The notes under the pieces were generated by a model. It worked only from the letters and a program-made list of their open reading frames with translations. It was not told where the DNA came from and made no database searches. The translations under genes and the position numbers were made by a program. A DNA stretch of 35,665 nt from Bacteroidia bacterium (GTDB lineage Bacteria > Bacteroidota > Bacteroidia > 2-12-FULL-35-15), in assembly GCA_016787165.1 (NCBI GenBank), contig JAEUTT010000083.1:1-35665 (forward strand), in the 5' to 3' direction. The stretch's first letter is position 1, and the number at the start of each line of letters is the position of its first letter. This document shows, in pieces, positions 27,888 to 35,665 of this stretch.

Positions 27888-27962
27888 TGTCATTTCGAAA
27901 GAAACGAAGTGTAGTGAGAAATCTCACAATTGAGGAGATTTCTCCTCGCAGTCGAAATGATA
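27888..27962. repeat. nested palindromic intergenic element (copy B), tandem to copy A
   Basis: Termini TGTCATTTCGAA (27888-27899) / GTCGAAATGATA (27951-27962). Inner perfect 10-bp stem GAGAAATCTC (27916-27925) / GAGATTTCTC (27935-27944). Both copies are preceded by CAACTGTCATTT. Confidence 0.75.
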
Positions 27963-28002
27963 AATAAGCTAAAGTAACACATTAAGCCTAAGAGCTAAAA
28001 AT

Positions 28003-29835
28003 ATGTTTTCCATTAAAAAAATTTCTCTTCCTTCTATTTCTATTTTAATTATAGCAATTACCTGTTTGCTGATTGATTTTGATTTAAAATTATGGGAAAA
28101 GCAAGACAGAGTAATTGAACACGATGTACATTGGTACTATTCCTATTTGCCTTCTCAATTTATTTATGATGATATAAAACAAGAAAAAAGCGATTATCGC
28201 TTTGGAGATAATTATTATTTATTTTGGCCATTATTTACCGAAGATGGCAAAAAAGTAAATAAAACAACAATGGGATTATCCATTATGTATGCTCCTTTCT
28301 TTTTTGTAGCTCATGCGTATACAACTTATACAGAACACTATCCTGCCAATGGATTTTCAGAACCATATAAATTGTTTTTATTGTTCAGTGCTATTTTTTA
28401 TTTAATTATCGGTTTAGATTTTATAAGAAAAATATTACAGCACTATCAATTTTCTGATAAGGTAATTGCAATTACATTGTTTTTAATTGGGATGGGAACC
28501 AATTTGCTTTGCTACTCTTCTCAATCGGCAACTATGTCGCATGCTTTTAATTTTTGTTTGTTTGCTGTTTTCTTTTACTACACTATTCAATGGTATGCTA
28601 AATCAAGTGTAAAGCATACAATAATACTTGGATTAACTCTTGGACTTATTTCCTTAATTCGTCCTTCAAATGCATTGATTGTTTTGTTTTTTGCATTATA
28701 TGGAATAGGTTCTCTTGCAGATTTTAAAGAACGAATAGTGTTTGCGAAAGAAAAATGGCTTATGATTTTATTGATGGCAATAATGAGTTTATTGGTGTGG
28801 GTTCCACAGTTTATGTACTGGAAAATTGCTACCGGACATTATTTATTTTATTCTTATACTGATGAACGTTTTTATTTTAATGACCCACATATTTTAGAAG
28901 GATTATTTAGTTTTCGAAAAGGATGGCTGGTGTATACTCCTATTATGACCTTTGCATTGCTTGGTTTGTTTTTAAATAACGAAGCTGTTAAAAAACACAG
29001 AATCGCCATCATTAGTTTTATGGCAATTAACATTTATATCATTTTTTCGTGGTGGTGTTGGTGGTATGGAGGAACTTATGGGCAGCGAAGCATGATAGAA
29101 AGTTATGTTTTATTGGCATTGCCATTTGCATCATTTATTCAAATGGTGTTGGATAAAAAAATAATTGTAAAGATTTTATTTTTTAGTAGTTGTTTGTTTT
29201 TTGTATGGTTGAATATTTTTCAAACATATCAGTTTGAGCGCCACTCACTACATTATGAAGGAATGACTAAAGAACTTTATTTTAAGCAGTTTGGAAAATT
29301 AGAAAAGATTGAAAACTTTGAATCCTATCTTCATTATCCAAACTATGATGAAGCCAGACGCGTAAATAAAGCGTTATTGGTTAAGGAAAACAAAGAAGAG
29401 CAATCTATTGAAAACATTCCTTATGTGTTACCCGATAAAAAAATACAATCACGCAAACAAATAAATTTAATAGCAAACAACAAAAAGTTTGTTTGTGCAG
29501 ATGGTGGGCTGAATTATGTTATAATAGCCGACAAGGATAATGCCAGTACTTGGGAGCAGTTTGAGTTAATTGAATTTGAAGATGGCACTTCCGTTTTAAT
29601 TGCTTATAACAATTGCTTTATTTCAGCAGAGCTTAACAGTAAAAATGAATTAACCGCAACACGTAAAAACGCTTGGGATTGGGAAACATTTATAGTTGAA
29701 AAACAAAAAAACAACACTGTTGCTTTAAAGGCATCAAACGGAAAGTATGTATGTGTAGATAAAAAAACGAATTTGCTTTTTGCTACTTCCGATAAAATAG
29801 AAGAAAACACATTGTTTTCTTTAACCATTAAATAA
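28003..29835 (+). CDS. polytopic membrane protein, GT-C-like (ArnT/PMT-type glycosyltransferase-like), with C-terminal triple-repeat beta-trefoil (fascin-like) module
   Basis: About 12 hydrophobic helices. The first loop carries acidic/aromatic IEHDVHWYYSYLPSQFIYDD, as in GT-C enzymes; the family call is tentative. The C-terminal 125 aa (29458-29832) form three ~40-aa repeats: KKFVCADGG..IIADKDNASTWEQFELI / NNCFISAEL..LTATRKNAWDWETFIVE / NGKYVCVDKKTNLLFATSDKIEENTLFSLT. Confidence 0.7.
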   Translation: MFSIKKISLPSISILIIAITCLLIDFDLKLWEKQDRVIEHDVHWYYSYLPSQFIYDDIKQEKSDYRFGDNYYLFWPLFTEDGKKVNKTTMGLSIMYAPFFFVAHAYTTYTEHYPANGFSEPYKLFLLFSAIFYLIIGLDFIRKILQHYQFSDKVIAITLFLIGMGTNLLCYSSQSATMSHAFNFCLFAVFFYYTIQWYAKSSVKHTIILGLTLGLISLIRPSNALIVLFFALYGIGSLADFKERIVFAKEKWLMILLMAIMSLLVWVPQFMYWKIATGHYLFYSYTDERFYFNDPHILEGLFSFRKGWLVYTPIMTFALLGLFLNNEAVKKHRIAIISFMAINIYIIFSWWCWWYGGTYGQRSMIESYVLLALPFASFIQMVLDKKIIVKILFFSSCLFFVWLNIFQTYQFERHSLHYEGMTKELYFKQFGKLEKIENFESYLHYPNYDEARRVNKALLVKENKEEQSIENIPYVLPDKKIQSRKQINLIANNKKFVCADGGLNYVIIADKDNASTWEQFELIEFEDGTSVLIAYNNCFISAELNSKNELTATRKNAWDWETFIVEKQKNNTVALKASNGKYVCVDKKTNLLFATSDKIEENTLFSLTIK

Positions 29836-29841
29836 AAGTAA

Positions 29842-31254
29842 ATGTTATTTAGTAGCACTCTTTTTTTAATTTATTTTTTGCCAATATTTTTTACGCTTTA
29901 TTTTGTTTTGCCTAAAGCGGTTAAAAATTATTTTATTGTTTCTGCAAGCATACTTTTTTATGCATGGGGAGCGCCTTCTTTTGTTTTTGTTTTGTTGTCA
30001 ACTGTTGTTGTGAATTTTACTTTTGCACATCTAATTTACAATAGAACAAATAAAATAAAAAAAATATTTCTTGTTGTTGCTGTAGTCTTCAATTTAGCGT
30101 TTTTATTATACTTTAAGTATGCTAATTTTTTCATTGATAATTTTAATATTCTCCTTTCATCATTTGGAATTGAGGCCGTTTCAGTAGCAAAAATTATTCT
30201 ACCTATAGGTATTTCTTTTTTTACTTTCCACCAGCTTAGTTTCATTATTGATATTTATAGAGGTGTAAAACCCCCAATGAGAAACATTTTAGATTATGCA
30301 TTGTATATTCTTATTTTTCCTCAACTAATTGCTGGTCCAATTATCCGCTATCATGAAATTTCCGACCAAATAGAAGGGAGAAACAAAGCATTTAATGTAG
30401 ATCAAGTGTTATTAGGGTTTTTAAGATTTTCGATAGGCTTAGCTAAAAAAGTGTTAATTGCAAATGTTTTAGGAAAGGAAGCAGACAAAATTTTTGATTT
30501 GCCTGTTGAGCAACTTGATTTTGCCATGTCTTGGTTGGGTGCAATAACATATACATTTCAAATTTATTTTGATTTTTCTGGTTATTCGGATATGGCTATT
30601 GGCTTAGCTAAGATGATGGGTTTTACTTTCCCTGAAAATTTTAACAACCCATATATTGCACAGAGTATAACAGATTTTTGGAGGAGATGGCATATTTCAC
30701 TTAGTCGTTGGATGCGAGATTATTTATATATTCCACTTGGTGGCAATAAAGTTTCTGGCTTAAGGCTCTATTTTAATTTATGGATTGTGTTTTTAATTTC
30801 GGGGTTTTGGCATGGTGCCGAATGGACATTTATTTTGTGGGGCGCATATCACGGCTTTTTTCTTGCAATAGAAAGACTTTTTCTTTCTAAGATTTTAGAA
30901 AAAACAACTGTTTTTATTCGGCTTATATATAGTTTTACAATTGTTATTCTTGGCTGGGTTTTATTCAGAGCTACAACTATGGATCAAGCATTTTTATTCA
31001 TTAAAAAAATGTTTTCATTTTCATCTTTTTATGAATATGAATATTCGAATCAATTAATTGTTGTACTATTACTTGCATTTGTTTTTTCATTTGCACCATT
31101 GTTATACAAAAAAGATGTCAGTCAAAATTCAGGAGTAGCGCTTACACTAAAAAGCTATTCTTTAAATGTTGTAATAATTGTTTTGTTAATGATAATGTCT
31201 GTAAGTTCAATTACCTCAAGTGATTTTAACCCTTTCATATATTTCAAGTTTTAA
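29842..31254 (+). CDS. MBOAT-family membrane O-acyltransferase (AlgI/DltB/PatA-like)
   Basis: Multi-TM protein with MBOAT signatures FHQLSFIIDIYRG, FWRRWHISLSRWMRDYLYIPLGGN and SGFWHGAEW (conserved His). Confidence 0.9.
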   Translation: MLFSSTLFLIYFLPIFFTLYFVLPKAVKNYFIVSASILFYAWGAPSFVFVLLSTVVVNFTFAHLIYNRTNKIKKIFLVVAVVFNLAFLLYFKYANFFIDNFNILLSSFGIEAVSVAKIILPIGISFFTFHQLSFIIDIYRGVKPPMRNILDYALYILIFPQLIAGPIIRYHEISDQIEGRNKAFNVDQVLLGFLRFSIGLAKKVLIANVLGKEADKIFDLPVEQLDFAMSWLGAITYTFQIYFDFSGYSDMAIGLAKMMGFTFPENFNNPYIAQSITDFWRRWHISLSRWMRDYLYIPLGGNKVSGLRLYFNLWIVFLISGFWHGAEWTFILWGAYHGFFLAIERLFLSKILEKTTVFIRLIYSFTIVILGWVLFRATTMDQAFLFIKKMFSFSSFYEYEYSNQLIVVLLLAFVFSFAPLLYKKDVSQNSGVALTLKSYSLNVVIIVLLMIMSVSSITSSDFNPFIYFKF

Positions 31255-31260
31255 AAATAG

Positions 31261-32913
31261 GTGCAAACAAAAATTAAATACATCCTTTTTATTTTGCTTA
31301 TGGTATTGCTTTTTTTACCAATGATTCAGCAGTACACACAATATTTTACCGAAACATCCTTACAAGGAGCCTTTGTTCCTCCACCAAAACCTGAATATAC
31401 TTTTGAAAAAGTACAATCCTTTCAGTATCAAAAAGAGATTGAAGATTATCTGAATTATAATTTTGGATTCAGGCCATTTTTTGTGAAATTAAAGAACACG
31501 TGGGAATATTTGTTTTTTAAGCAAATAAATGTGGCTGACCAAATAGAAGGTAAAAATGGATACATCTATAGTTTGGGTTCTACAGAGAGAACATTCGGAC
31601 ATTATTACAATGGACAGGAGAACAACGCTAATACTGTATTTAAAATTAATTTATTAAGGAATGAAATAGAAAAAAATGGCGGAACGCTGTTTGTTGTTAT
31701 TGCACCATCTAAAGAGTCTATTTATCCTGAATATTTACCTGAAAAATATCAAAATACAAATACAGTTTTGTCCGACTACCATGATTTTATATCAGAGTAC
31801 AATAAATGGAATATTCCATATCTTGATTTATATATGCAATTTAAAAATTATAAATTAAACACATCAATTCCTTTATTTACAAAAACGGGTTTTCATTGGT
31901 CAACATATGCAACCACTTTTGTTCAAGATTCAATTTGTAGAAAACTAGAGCGTCAATTATCTATAACTTTACCAAAGTTTGAGCAGGTTGGAGTTGAAAT
32001 TTCAGATACTGCTCGAGAGGCGGATGATGATTTTGAAGAACCAATGAATTTATTGTTTAGTTTGAATTCTGGCAAATATATTTATCCAATATTTAAATTA
32101 TTACCTTCAAAGAAAGAAACTAAAAAACCGAAAGTAATTATTATTGGCGACAGTTTTTTTTGGCAAGTTAAAAACCTGAGAGTGCTTAAATCTTTACTAT
32201 CGGAGGAGTCGAGATTTTGGTATTATTTTTCTAAATCGTTTCCTTTAGGCGATATTGCAGGGGGTGAGCTGAATAAGCAAGATGCGATGAAAGAGTTGCT
32301 AGACGCAGATGCTGTAATTTTACTTGGATCAATGGGGACATTTGATAATTTTCCATACGGAGTATCTGATTATATGTATAGTAATTTGTATGATGAAAGC
32401 AGTATTAAATCAATAAAAGAAAAGTTGCGGGGCGATTATTTAACTCATAACAAGGATAACAAGGATAAAAAGGAAAAACAGAAAACAGAAATTGAATTAA
32501 CGATAGAGGCACATCAACTTTATGGAAACAGAGAAGTAGTAAAGTTAAGAGCTAATAATAATATGTTTGTGTGTGCAGATGCGGCCAATCAAAAAATTGT
32601 GTCTGCAGATAAACCTATTGCTAGCCTTTGGGAAACATTTTCTATAATAAATTTTAAGGATGGAACATCGGCTATTCTTTCTTTCGAAAATAAATTTCTT
32701 TCGGCAGAAATTGATACAGATAAAAAACTTATAGCAAATAGAGATAATCTTTGGGATTGGGAAACATTTATAGTTGAAAAACAAAAAAACAACACTGTTG
32801 CTTTAAAGGCATCAAACGGAAAGTATGTAAGTGTAGATAGAAAAACAAATCAACTCTTTGCTACTTCCGATGCTGTTGGTGAAAACGAAGTTTTTGAAAT
32901 AATTCCTTTTTAA
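31261..32913 (+). CDS. AlgJ/AlgX-type SGNH-like O-acyltransferase partner with C-terminal beta-trefoil (fascin-like) module
   Basis: GTG start and a single N-terminal TM helix. LFVVIAPSKESIYPEYLPEKY, TGFHWS (the position of the D-x-H-W motif) and IIIGDSFFW are AlgJ/AlgX-like blocks. It directly follows the MBOAT gene. The tail at 32536-32910 is paralogous to 29458-29832. Confidence 0.75.
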   Translation: MQTKIKYILFILLMVLLFLPMIQQYTQYFTETSLQGAFVPPPKPEYTFEKVQSFQYQKEIEDYLNYNFGFRPFFVKLKNTWEYLFFKQINVADQIEGKNGYIYSLGSTERTFGHYYNGQENNANTVFKINLLRNEIEKNGGTLFVVIAPSKESIYPEYLPEKYQNTNTVLSDYHDFISEYNKWNIPYLDLYMQFKNYKLNTSIPLFTKTGFHWSTYATTFVQDSICRKLERQLSITLPKFEQVGVEISDTAREADDDFEEPMNLLFSLNSGKYIYPIFKLLPSKKETKKPKVIIIGDSFFWQVKNLRVLKSLLSEESRFWYYFSKSFPLGDIAGGELNKQDAMKELLDADAVILLGSMGTFDNFPYGVSDYMYSNLYDESSIKSIKEKLRGDYLTHNKDNKDKKEKQKTEIELTIEAHQLYGNREVVKLRANNNMFVCADAANQKIVSADKPIASLWETFSIINFKDGTSAILSFENKFLSAEIDTDKKLIANRDNLWDWETFIVEKQKNNTVALKASNGKYVSVDRKTNQLFATSDAVGENEVFEIIPF

Positions 32914-34409
32914 AATTTTAATTTATTTAAATTAATGTTCCCAATATTCATTGTTGGAATTTTATGAGTATTTGTTTTTGCTGTATCTGGTTTAAGTTCG
33001 CCTCTTACTCTTGATTTATATGTAGCCGAAGCCATCCAATGATAAAAAGGGAAGGTGCCTAGTAATTCAAAACTACCATCTTGTTTTGAAATAGTATGAT
33101 AAGAGCTCGACCACCATTCATTCCATGCAAGCACTAGTCCTCCTTCAATTGGATTTCCCTTTTCATCAATTAGTTTTCCTATTATTCTGCATTTATCGCC
33201 ATTGCTATAATTGTAGTAATTATCAAAACAAATACATTCCTCTTTCTTTTTAGAGCTATTAAAGCTTTGAAAAACTTCGGCTACCGGCTTAATACTTCCT
33301 TTTACTGGAATCATTTTTTCTCCAACAGAAGTTTCGCCATTCCAATTTAAAACACCCATAAAATTTGCATGAAATAATTTCCAATCAACATCTTTATATT
33401 GCCACCAAGAATATCCGGCAGCTCCACAATTATAAGCTTGATTTATTGTTTTTATTGCAAATTGTTTTTGACTTTCATAACTTATAGAATCATTGTCAGC
33501 AGAAATTGCTGTTTCTCCCACAATCCATGGTTTTTTAATGTATTTTCCGTACCAGTAAAATTCATTTCTAACCTGTTCTGGTTCATATTCATAAGGATGT
33601 AAAGAGATAAAATCTACATCTAATACATTAGGATCCCATTCAAAAATTTCTCTAATTCCAGCCAGACCAATTGTTGTTAATTGGTAAGGGGCAATGTCTT
33701 TCACTATTTTATTCCATCGTTTAACTGTTTGATGAACATATTCTTTATCCCTTTCTTCTAAATCGAAATAAAGTGGCTCATTAAAAAAGTCATAGGCAAG
33801 GATTGATTTTTCATTTTTAAATTTAGTTACAAGTTTTTTTAAGTGTTCTTCTGTTGTTTGAACATCCACAAGCATTCGAGTTAAAAAAATCATTTTGAGT
33901 CCAGCGCTGTCTGCAATTGAAAACAGCTCAGACAAAGCGTTGAAATATTTTGTGTAATTTTCTTCATTCCATAACATGATGGTGCTGTCTTTTTCATTTC
34001 TAACTTTAACACCAAATGAAATGTTTTTTGTTTGTTCATTTTCAATGTTTATTTCCCCAATTCTAACAATCCGAATCGTATTAAAACCCATTTTTTTAAT
34101 GAGAGCCATTTCTGATTTTAACTCCATTAATGAAGAATCTTTGCTTAAAAAGCGATGTTTCCCATTTGGTGTATAGCCTTCGTATGAACTAGCCCATACA
34201 TCGGTTTGATTAGCTTGCATTGTTATTACACAATTTATAGCTATGGGATAAAAAGCAGAATCATTAATATAAAATGAATTGTTTTTTAGATAAGGGAAAT
34301 TTTTTTTAGTAATTTCTGGATTATTGTTTTTGTCGTTGTTGTTAACTAAAAGCAAAAATAGGAGCGGAATAAGGGTAATTACTATGAATATAGATAAATA
34401 TTTTTTCAT
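32910..34409 (-). CDS. glycoside hydrolase family 5 (clan GH-A) enzyme with C-terminal CarboxypepD_reg-like domain, membrane-anchored or secreted
   Basis: N-terminal hydrophobic anchor MKKYLSIFIVITLIPLLFLLL. Acid/base motif AYDFFNEP and nucleophile motif PWIVGETA. Tail CRIIGKLIDEKGNPIEGGLVLAWN...QDGSFEL. The start overlaps the upstream stop (ATGA). Confidence 0.8.
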   Translation of the reverse strand: MKKYLSIFIVITLIPLLFLLLVNNNDKNNNPEITKKNFPYLKNNSFYINDSAFYPIAINCVITMQANQTDVWASSYEGYTPNGKHRFLSKDSSLMELKSEMALIKKMGFNTIRIVRIGEINIENEQTKNISFGVKVRNEKDSTIMLWNEENYTKYFNALSELFSIADSAGLKMIFLTRMLVDVQTTEEHLKKLVTKFKNEKSILAYDFFNEPLYFDLEERDKEYVHQTVKRWNKIVKDIAPYQLTTIGLAGIREIFEWDPNVLDVDFISLHPYEYEPEQVRNEFYWYGKYIKKPWIVGETAISADNDSISYESQKQFAIKTINQAYNCGAAGYSWWQYKDVDWKLFHANFMGVLNWNGETSVGEKMIPVKGSIKPVAEVFQSFNSSKKKEECICFDNYYNYSNGDKCRIIGKLIDEKGNPIEGGLVLAWNEWWSSSYHTISKQDGSFELLGTFPFYHWMASATYKSRVRGELKPDTAKTNTHKIPTMNIGNINLNKLKF

Positions 34410-35665
34410 TTTTCTTTTATAATTACTTCAAACTCTTCCCATAAGTCAGCAGATTCTCTATCTGCAATGAGAATTCCATTTTCGTTTCGATTTGCAAAAA
34501 CATACTTGTTGTTTGTTGATTTTAAAGTCACTATTTTTTCTGTTTTATAAATTAAATTAAATGTCTCCCACTCATATGGATTCTCCCTATTTGCAATAAG
34601 AATATTGTTTTTGTTTCGATCTGCGCAAACAATTTTTTTGTTTAATGTTTGAAGGTAAATCTCACCTCGTTTTAACGTATTAACCTCAAATACGGTTGCA
34701 TCTTCTTTTTTTTCAGCCGAAGCAAACAATTCGTTTGTTTGAACATTCACGTTAACAAATTTCCCATTAGAATTTTTTAAATATACCTTTGTTCCGTTTG
34801 CAAAATCATTGAACAGAAAAAGAATAGAATCGTTTTTATAAAATTCAATATTTAAATCATCAACAAAACAATCTTTAAATCCAAAATAGTATAGGCTAAA
34901 TATAATTTCTTTTTCTGAAAAGTCATGAGGTATTGTTGCATTAAAAGAAATAGTTTTCCATCCATCTTTATGGATTTCGGTAATGCTTTCCGACTCTTTT
35001 TTAAATAGGTTAGATGATTTATCAGAAATTGTTATACCAACAGGCCTGTCTGTTGAAAAACATTTAACATTAACCTTGAAAGCATCACCTGGTTTTACCG
35101 AAAATGTTGAATAACAAGCATATGCTCCGGGTGGAATTTTAACAGAGTAATTTCCTGAAAAGCAATTTTTTGTTGAAATTAGCTCAGTATTATATAGTTT
35201 ATAATTATTTTCTTTCGGAATGAAATATGTTTTATCCGCAGAAATTGTTTCGAAATCAAAAAACCAGTTTTCTTTTTCTCCATATCTAGGTTTTATCTTA
35301 TTTTTATTTATTGTTAATAAATAAAAAGATTCTCCTGTCTGTTCGTTATATTTTAATAATTTAACACTTTTAATACAAAATTCATACCCACGAATAAATT
35401 TATTAATTATTTCTTTAGATTTTTCTCTGTCTTTTTTGCTGAAATAAAATAAGACTTGTTTGTGAGCTTGCAAAAATTCCAACGGAGTAATTTTAAAATC
35501 CCACCAATTGAGTATGTTTTCATTTCGATGAAGGTCATAAAAAAAGGAATTTGGGTATAATTTTTTTAAAACATAATTAGAATTATGAAAATATCTTCCG
35601 CCATATGTAGATCCAAAACGCAAGGCCGATTCTTGAAAACAGGAAGCTTCGTACCCTGATGTAAT
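34406..35665 (-). CDS. 5'-partial protein: unknown N-terminal region, CBM4/9-like jelly-roll, permuted beta-trefoil (fascin-like) module
   Basis: The frame stays open from the listed TTG (35623) to the window edge. The middle region NWFFDFE...GNYSVKIPPGAYACYSTFSVKPGDAFKVNVK...DGWKTISFNATIP...CFVDDLNIEF has a CBM_4_9-like pattern. The C-terminal 128 aa (34409-34792) form three trefoil-type repeats. Confidence 0.7.
   Translation of the reverse strand: MTSGYEASCFQESALRFGSTYGGRYFHNSNYVLKKLYPNSFFYDLHRNENILNWWDFKITPLEFLQAHKQVLFYFSKKDREKSKEIINKFIRGYEFCIKSVKLLKYNEQTGESFYLLTINKNKIKPRYGEKENWFFDFETISADKTYFIPKENNYKLYNTELISTKNCFSGNYSVKIPPGAYACYSTFSVKPGDAFKVNVKCFSTDRPVGITISDKSSNLFKKESESITEIHKDGWKTISFNATIPHDFSEKEIIFSLYYFGFKDCFVDDLNIEFYKNDSILFLFNDFANGTKVYLKNSNGKFVNVNVQTNELFASAEKKEDATVFEVNTLKRGEIYLQTLNKKIVCADRNKNNILIANRENPYEWETFNLIYKTEKIVTLKSTNNKYVFANRNENGILIADRESADLWEEFEVIIKEK

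Noticed and set aside
27742-27927. 61-aa minus-strand ORF spanning the end of the ABC gene and the palindromic repeats
   Set aside because: Its sequence (..CHFDCKEKSH..FHYVTLKM..) is simply a translation of the repeat elements and the antisense of the ABC stop region. Such repeats routinely generate spurious ORFs.
1-35665. Mobile genetic element, prophage or defence island
   Set aside because: No integrase, transposase, phage structural, restriction-modification or other defence-type motifs were recognised. No tRNA attachment site or flanking long direct repeats were seen. The small palindromic elements lack any associated transposase in this window.

Overview
AT-rich chromosomal segment with Bacteroidota hallmarks: three type IX secretion (T9SS) C-terminal sorting domains, TAnnTTTG-type -7 boxes, a MurF-alanine racemase fusion, and no obvious Shine-Dalgarno sites. 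Gene order: (i) 5'-partial hypothetical gene. (ii) Minus-strand TetR / TolC / adaptor / RND efflux operon, continuing into an FAD oxidoreductase whose Rossmann motif lies upstream of any usable in-frame start. (iii) Three tightly packed T9SS cargo genes with unrelated N-terminal heads and a shared ~310-aa tail. (iv) Housekeeping block: asnS, murF-alr fusion, tdk, M28 peptidase, rsmI, corA, a MORN-variant protein and a tandem-ATPase ABC protein. (v) Convergent envelope-glycan modification locus: GT-C-like membrane protein, MBOAT and AlgJ/AlgX-like protein on the plus strand, facing a CBM-like protein and a GH5 hydrolase on the minus strand. The best candidate for something undescribed is in (v). 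Three otherwise unrelated proteins carry the same ~125-aa triple-repeat (beta-trefoil, fascin-like) C-terminal module; one copy is circularly permuted, and two copies share a 79-nt perfectly identical tract. Second candidate: the T9SS shared-tail, swapped-head cassette, with signs of recent homogenisation of the sorting domain. Two families of intergenic palindromic repeats are also present (TGTCATTTCGA-headed nested hairpins, and C5/G5 hairpins followed by TTGATTAACGAA). No rRNA, tRNA, CRISPR array, transposase or integrase was seen. All functional calls rest on motif recognition by eye; no searches were run.
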